A DNA stretch of 58,231 nucleotides, counting the filler, from Sphacelaria rigidula (Eukaryota): assembly GCA_964200075.2 (NCBI GenBank). It is 4 parts of 4 records of this genome, joined end to end, with 100 filler letters (N's around TTAATTAATTAA, not from the genome) between each part and the next. Parts side by side here need not be neighbours in the genome. Positions count along the whole stretch, not along the records: positions 43,763 to 58,231 come from CAXNAA020002227.1; 3 more parts are not named here. One strand, 5' to 3'. The position numbers and the translations under genes are program-made. The notes below the pieces were generated by a model that worked only from the letters and a program-made list of their open reading frames with translations, was not told the origin of the DNA and did not search any database. Positions 51,490 to 58,231 of this stretch are shown piece by piece (position 1 is the first letter of the stretch; every line of letters starts with the position of its first letter).

Positions 51490-53311
51490 CAGGGATATAC
51501 ACGTTACACGTTCACGTTCACATGACGTTCATCACGTGAAAACAAATTAACGTTACGTTACGTTACATGTAACGTAATATAAAACATTTCATGTAATGTG
51601 TAACGTCCAGTATACCGCTACGTTGACATGTGTAACGTTCGAATGTAACATTTCAGTATGTGCATGTCGCGGGTCATTTACCAGTGTTCAAGACGTTGTA
51701 TCGTGTTGTGTAACGCGTGACGTCATCGTGTACGTGACGCTGACGGTGACCCGTCGTATGTTTGAGCGTAGGCGCATTATCTGATTGTGTAACAGTACTT
51801 TCTCTACCGTGTACCGTTCATTCGTTTTTTGACCGTATTATTTTCATATCTCCTCTTTTCGTTTCATCTTGTTGTTGCCAACCTTCAATTTTCATTTTTC
51901 GAATGCTCGTTTCTCGCTCGATAGCACATACTGCACACACAACAGTTCGTGAACATGATTGAATCCCGGCTTGCGTCGTCCTCGCATTCCGCAGACAGAA
52001 CTATTTCGGGTACCCCTGTTTCTATATAGGTATGCATGTATTTACCCTTTCGGGACCGGGCCTCCAGAACCACCAATGAGGATGGTTAAGAATGACGTGT
52101 CTGGCGTCTGCGCGAAACAGTGTCGTTTGCTGAATATCCTCGTATGTAACCGCATGGTTATTAGGAAGAACAAAAGTTTCATCCAATCTATTTTCAGGTG
52201 CAGGGTGCACATTGGGCAATGTGCATCTGATGTAGCAAGCAGTATGGGTCGCGGTAGAGAGCTTCCAACAGGATGCAGCGACCGGCGGGCCACCCGCACT
52301 TGTGGCTTTAGATTATATATCTTTGTCTCCATCATCTGCCACACAGCCATTTGTGGTCGGGGTGGGCCGCTATTTCCCTCTTTGTTGCATGCGGCAAATT
52401 CTCTTCGAAGGGTATCAGCGTTGCGGCGCGCATACACACAGCATAGTACAGTGCAGTGCAATACGCCTCTCTGACTGCAGCAGCAGCTGCTGCTGCATAC
52501 TCCCTTGCACGTTCTGGGCACTTCTCAGCTACCGAGATCAACTGCCAATATACCGCTTTTTCATCCCCGCCCACTACATATATGTTAACTGCATACTGCA
52601 AGTCATCGGCCACGGGGCAGGCGAGTCCCGCATCAGATGCGGGAGCTGCAGGCAATGGCCGAGATTGGTTGGAGGTTGCAGCGGCACCCCCCCGTTGTGG
52701 ACCTGCCGTTCCCCCCCCTGGGTCCATGCCATGACATGTACTGGTGCACGTGAACGTCACGTGCACATGTACGTTTCACCCGGTCTAACGATAGTGTGGT
52801 CAAGATGATTATGATGTTAAGATGTTATGCTGCCACAAAAGCTTATAAGGTGTGAGGTGGCGCGGAGCGCGCGAACTTGCTGAAATAGTATGTCCTATAC
52901 CATGGTCATTCAAACTCACTGGTTTTCATTGAAGCACAATCTTCTAGGATTTGAAAATTCATCGCAAACTTGGAAGTGTCACCGCTTCATGTAACATGTT
53001 TATGACGTTATATGTAACTAGTAACGTAATATGAAACGTTTCGTGTAACGTGTAACATCTAGTGCACGTTACATGACACGTTTCATATTACGTGTTTTGA
53101 AGGTTTGGGCAATTTAACGTTCACGTTACGTTACGCATGTCACCTTGAAAAACAATAATGTTACGTGAACGTTTAATTTGAAAATTCAACGTTAGGTTCA
53201 CGTTCCGTTCATCACGTCATTTGTTTTTAACGTTCACATTACGTTTCGGCCAAAACGTAATGTGAATGTAATGTTTAACGCTATGACACGTGTTACGTGT
53301 ATATATCCCAA
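51490..53311. mobile_element. Non-autonomous hAT element with an 8-bp target-site duplication
   Basis: TIRs CAGGGATATACACGTTACACG and CGTGTTACGTGTATATATCCCAA; GAAAATTC at both 51482-51489 and 53312-53319; AACGT/ACGTT-rich subterminal arrays. A minus-strand remnant at ~52150-52360 (WQMMETK..RVARR..CTL(A)PEN..DE.LLF) resembles the hAT dimerisation domain. Confidence 0.82.
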
Positions 53312-54881
53312 GAAAATTCGAAGTTGGTGCGCGCAAAATGCTGCTCTCAGGCGACCGTTCATGAGCTCCAATTCAGATGAGGATACAGTCGAAATCCACA
53401 AATGTCTTGCCTCCGGCGTCACCTCCGGCGATGCTGTCTAGCCAGCGGGAGGGAGGGACGGGGGGAGGCATTATAGGCAATACTGCGTCCTCGCGGCTTG
53501 TGCCTGCGGCGCGACTGCCAATCAGTACATCGGCGAATGCATTGGGGAGCCAACATATTGCTGATAGATTGGTGAATTGATCAAATGAATCTCCAGCACA
53601 TATTACACTGACGAAATCGACCGATAAACAGCTCCACGAAAAAGCGATTCCCATGCAATGCGAAACGGCTTTTAGAGTCCACGTAGGTGGAGGTACGGGA
53701 GGAGCATGGATTCTTAAAAATCAGCGGGTCTCTCTGCCTTCCGTTCTCCTCGAATGAATCATCCTTCCAATAAGGGTGTCGGGTATTGCTTGCGTATAAA
53801 CCGGGATCAACCGAAATATGATGATACTAAAGTGTCCCCTAAAGCTCATAGCCTGCGTGCGCAGTATGAGACTGTGAACTACAAGATCTTCGAGGCTTCG
53901 TACTGTGGGGTCAGAGAAACACTCATGCGCTACGGCATCTTTTTCCAGGAGGGTTTGGTCCTGGATATTGCCATACACACTTTCGTCTCGGAATAGCTTC
54001 GCGGTTTGCGTTGTAAGGGGCGGAAACACCCTGCAAAAAAAGTTGCAAACCCTTGGCAGAAGCCGGCCAAGCCTTCAAAGGAGACCGCGGGTCACATGAT
54101 CGTGCCTCCCGGGACCAACTCATTGCCCGCTTCATGTTCTTCATGTGGCGCACACGTTGCGTTGACAAGCTCATTTCGCACGTCTCAATCGCGCCCAACA
54201 ACCAACACAGCTCACAGTGTCGTTAACTTTTTCTTCAAACAAGTTCATATAATCATCGGGAAAATCACCCTGAAAAGATTGCGAAAAGGCAGGCAGGGGT
54301 TCCATTTACCCACTTTTGACCTACCCATCTCCATACCGTGGTACTCTTGAAAAGACGTGGACGGGAGTGACAGAAAACAGAGTGGACATGCCTTGTCCCT
54401 CCACGAATATTGCGGGAACCCGTACTTAGATCGTTCGAAACGGGGGAAACTGGGCAAGCCCATCTTGTCGCCAACAATCCATACTTGACGAATATATGCT
54501 ACATTTTGGTCGGTTTGAGGGGTGGATCAACATCGGTCGTTTTGCTTGTTTCCCAAGCTTTATAACAAAAAGTGACCTGGAGCACAGGGGAAGAATATAT
54601 ATCAGGTAGAGTGCCTGTGCAGCCTAGACATCCTGCTCGATGGGTCGCCCGTTGCGAGGTATTCTAAGGCAGAGGATTTTTGGGCTTCGTCAACAACGCC
54701 GCTAAAATGCGTACCCTGTTTGTTCGAAATACGACGAGTGCTTAGGGTTCGGTCACTCTCGGCGACATTTTCACACGCCCAATGACTCCGACTCCAACTT
54801 TTAGGGGTTGACTCTGAGCTGTCCCTCATGTTTCGTATCCAATCGAGTCGACTATTGGTCGTCACCATTTCCCGAATCCAA

Positions 54882-56138
54882 TAGGGCTTTTCACGGAATG
54901 GGGTGACCCGTTCCGTCCCGTCCCGACGAGTTTTCGGGGTCACACCTCCCACCCTATACCGTCCCAACACATTACCAACTTTCTCGTCCCATTTCATTAT
55001 TGTTCAATCAACGGGAAAGTACCCGTCCCGCTCCCTAGTTTGTTCAAACGACGGGAAAAGTATCCGCCTTGTCCCGACGCCTCTGTGGTATTTCCACTTC
55101 CTGTCGTGCTCACGGGACGTCCCTAATATTTTCCACGTTCATGTCACGGGACGTCCCGTTCCGTCCTGACGGGACATTCCGTCAACGGGATATGATCCTT
55201 CGGTCAAACCTCAGCGGGACATGGTTGAGTACAGTTCAGCAGCCAGCACAGTACTGCAGTGGGCTCTGAACTGCAATGTCAACAAGCTATCGGAGTACCA
55301 TCAGCTGCTGTACTGGCGTTGATCTGTACATCAGTCGATACTGTACCGAACACCAACAAACTGTCCGAGTACCATAATTAGCAGCTGTGCTAGCCCCGAT
55401 CCGTTACCGGGGAAGCATCCATAACAATATGCTGTGCTTGGTGATACACGGAGCGATATCATGCAACTTGCATCTGTACCCATGTGAGACGCCTTCAAGA
55501 AAAAATTGCACGCTTTTCAACTTCTGAGTTTGCAGCGTTCATGTACCCCACAGTGATACCTATACTGTCATGATCGTAAGAAGTACATTCCGAACGTCGG
55601 GGAACACGTCTGGTGAAACCGACAAGCCCAGCCACTAGCCATAATTGTCTTAGCTAGTAATGGGGTGTTGGGCCCTTCGATACTTAGAGTTCTGCCATAT
55701 CAGCAGTCTTTTCCTCCGATTGAGTCGTTGTTAGCGCTACTTTATGCCAAAAAATGCGGTTGGTTGGTTTTGTTCATGCGCCAAAGAATCAATGCCACCC
55801 CGTCCTTTCAAAAAAGCGGTCCGTTTGGGGTGTTGATACCCACTATGCCGTGAGGACGGGGCGGGATCTCACGGGAAGAGCTTCGCACTTCCCGTGAGAG
55901 TGTGGCGGGACAGGACGGAATCTCACGGAATCAGGCTGGCTCGTCCCGTCCCAAACAAATTCTCATAGTACCCGCCCCGTATCGTAACAGTTTGGGGGTC
56001 GTACTGCTCGTCACGTCCCGTCCTGTCACTTCTTCAGGGCTACACTGCCCGTCCCATCCTGTCTCGAAAAATTGCCAAATTTCCCGTCCCCTCCCTTATC
56101 ACGGGTCGCCCCATCTCATCTCGTCCCGGAAAAGCCTC
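54882..56138. mobile_element. hAT-like non-autonomous element with GGGACGGGAC/GTCCCGTCCC subterminal repeats, nested in another repeat
   Basis: TAGGGCTTTTCACGG ... TCCCGGAAAAGCCT; GTCCCG-rich arrays at ~54905-55220 and ~55855-56130. Confidence 0.65.
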
Positions 56139-56139
56139 G

Positions 56140-56500
56140 ACATTTATTCGTGCCCGATTCCAAGACGTCGCCATTTCCCAAATGTAGCTGTGGGAGTCGA
56201 GTCGACTCTGGGTCGTCGACATGCCCTGAATTTCGTCCTAGGAGTCGACTCTCAGTCACCGCCATTCCCCGAATTCAGTGGCATCAGGCTCATCTTCGTC
56301 ACGTTTTTCGAACATATTCGTAGGAGTCGACTCTTAGTCGTCGCCGTGTCTCGAATCCAGTCGTGAGCGTCGACTCTGAGTTGTCGCCATGTCCCCAGTT
56401 TAGTCGAAGGAGTCGGCCTGCGTCGTCGCACATGTCCCCAATTTAGTCCTAGGGGTCGGCTCTTAGTCGCCGCCATGTCCCGAACTCAGGCGTAGGAGTC
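56140..56500. repeat. ~40-45-bp imperfect tandem array (TCGCCATGTCCC.AATTTAGTCCTAGGAGTCGACTCT), continuing 54742-54880
   Basis: About 8 degenerate units containing GAGTCGACTC; the same motif occurs at 54780-54880 on the other side of the nested element. Confidence 0.7.
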
Positions 56501-58129
56501 GTGAAATACAAAGAAAGCGTTTTCGGGTGTGTGCAACGTTTTGGTCGATAGAAAACAGCGCCTGATGCATCCATTGCAGCCATCCACTGGGTCTACCATC
56601 GTGGTATCTTTCCCCCGTTGGGTCGGTTCGCGTTCCGCTCGGGGCGATGGCTGTACTCCTTTGCCATAATTGCGGTAAGCTGTCTTGCTCGCGTTCCGGT
56701 GATGGCGGTGACGATCATGGCGCGTGAGGGGGGCGATGTTGAAAGCGCGGTGTGGAGTTGAGCAGGAGCGGCATGGGTGCATATCCCGGTAGCGACAGAT
56801 TGCCAAGCGATCATCAATCACCGCCGAAAAAATGATAATGCTACCTCACGCGAGATGACGGACGCCTACGAGAAAGTTTCGGCCGACGAGAGCATCTGGT
56901 CTAATGGGCATCAATGAGTCGATTCATCATCGCGCCTCATTCCCATGACCCAGTCCCAGTTAGATGTCTTATCGGGCTCCAAATATAGACGGCGGAATAT
57001 CGCAGGGAGAGGTACATCGTTGATATGCGGAGAGTGGTATGGGTAACGTGCGTGTGTAAGAGAGCGACCAGAAGTTGACCATCGATCGTACACGGGTGCC
57101 GCTCAACAGCCGAACTCAGGGTTATTCGCACGCAGTCACAGCGAAAGTGAGGGTCGGGGGGTCGGCTTGATGCCGCACACGAAGTATTGGACCAGATTTT
57201 ACGACAGCTGTGAAAAGTGCCGAATTCGATGGAGATTTCCGGCGTCTACAGCAGCCGTTCTGCTGACAAATCGATCAGCAGGACCGTCTGGACACGCTCA
57301 ATGCAAAACTCCATCGAACGGAGGTCGAGATGAATGAATCGGACGGAGGTTGATGGATACGAGATGGGCCAGTCTAGACATGGATTCAAGCTCTCGAAGC
57401 AATATCTCATCGACACAGACGAGTTGGGCCGTGATCCGCATATCGTATTGAACCCTAGACCGCGAGGACGTTAGTCCATCTGGATCATACTTTTTGGATT
57501 GGCATTGATGCCGACACAACAGGTCACCCGCTCTCGACGTGTAAGGCTTAATCATACAATCAAGGGAAAGGTGCCCATCTGCTCAGAAGTCCGGCAAATA
57601 TTTTCTCGTTGATTAAACCCCATGTCTAGTAATTTATATACCGTACGGAGATAGCGTCCATACTAAGTTCAATATGAAACCCCGAACGATACATTCAGCA
57701 GATGACGAATTTTGGTGTGAATATTTCCTGGAGCACAGGGAGATGATAGATACCCTCACCTTCACTTAAGTCGTGATCTATCTCGAGGTATGGCGCACAA
57801 AAGGTTCTATACTAAAATCAATATATTACGAGCAGAGGCACTAGACCAACTAAATCTGGATATCGCGTCTCAGGTTTGGAGAGTTATGCTATGAAAATTT
57901 ACGTAGAGAACCGCTAGTGCATAATAAATTAGAATGAAAACGGCTTTCATTTTTTTCGGCTTTATTCAACTTTTTCGTGTTTTAAGGGAGTTTTGAGGAG
58001 AAATGAAGATTGCTCTTAGGCCTTATCTCAAGTTTTTAGCTCAATTTCTAGAATTGTGAGTTGAAACTTAGCATCGAGAACCACAGATGTATGCTGAATG
58101 AAAAAAAACGGGCCTTCCTTTTTTCTTTT

Positions 58130-58165
<36 letters not shown>

Positions 58166-58231
58166 GAAAAAAATGGTGGTAAAAAAAAAAAACACACCAA
58201 AAAGGGAAAAAAAAACAAAAAAAAGGAAAAA

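Noticed and set aside
56500..57600. Retroelement or gene fragment near the end of contig 4
   Set aside because: Only short ORFs with no reverse transcriptase, integrase or other motif that could be read.
43763..58231. Endogenous giant virus (phaeovirus) insertion in contig 4
   Set aside because: No dense intronless gene array and no recognisable NCLDV core gene; the contig is dominated by MITEs and decayed elements.

Overview
Eukaryotic genomic DNA, most likely from a brown alga (Ectocarpus-like). This is inferred from GC-rich short exons, many GT-AG introns and a characteristic ankyrin-protein C-terminus. The window is not one locus. It is four contigs (1-14490, 14591-29079, 29180-43662, 43763-58231; lengths 14490, 14489, 14483, 14469, i.e. 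size-sorted) joined by artificial 100-nt N44-TTAATTAATTAA-N44 linkers. Three spliced genes can be reconstructed with phase-consistent exons: a 3'-truncated LRR plus coiled-coil gene (+, contig 1), an ankyrin-repeat gene (-, contig 2) and an internal part of a trithorax/KMT2-like gene with three PHD fingers, an AT-hook and an extended PHD (-, contig 3). Contig 4 has one large orphan exon/ORF and is otherwise transposon debris. Introns and intergenic DNA are packed with a tRNA-headed SINE family, several MITE families (CAAGG-terminal, hAT-like, TA-flanked foldbacks), nested insertions and decayed hAT transposases. The most unusual structure is a ~2 kb composite unit (MITE - ~600 bp cargo - MITE) present on two unlinked contigs. 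Most short ORFs in the supplied track are spurious. No clearly novel protein system could be established from the sequence alone.
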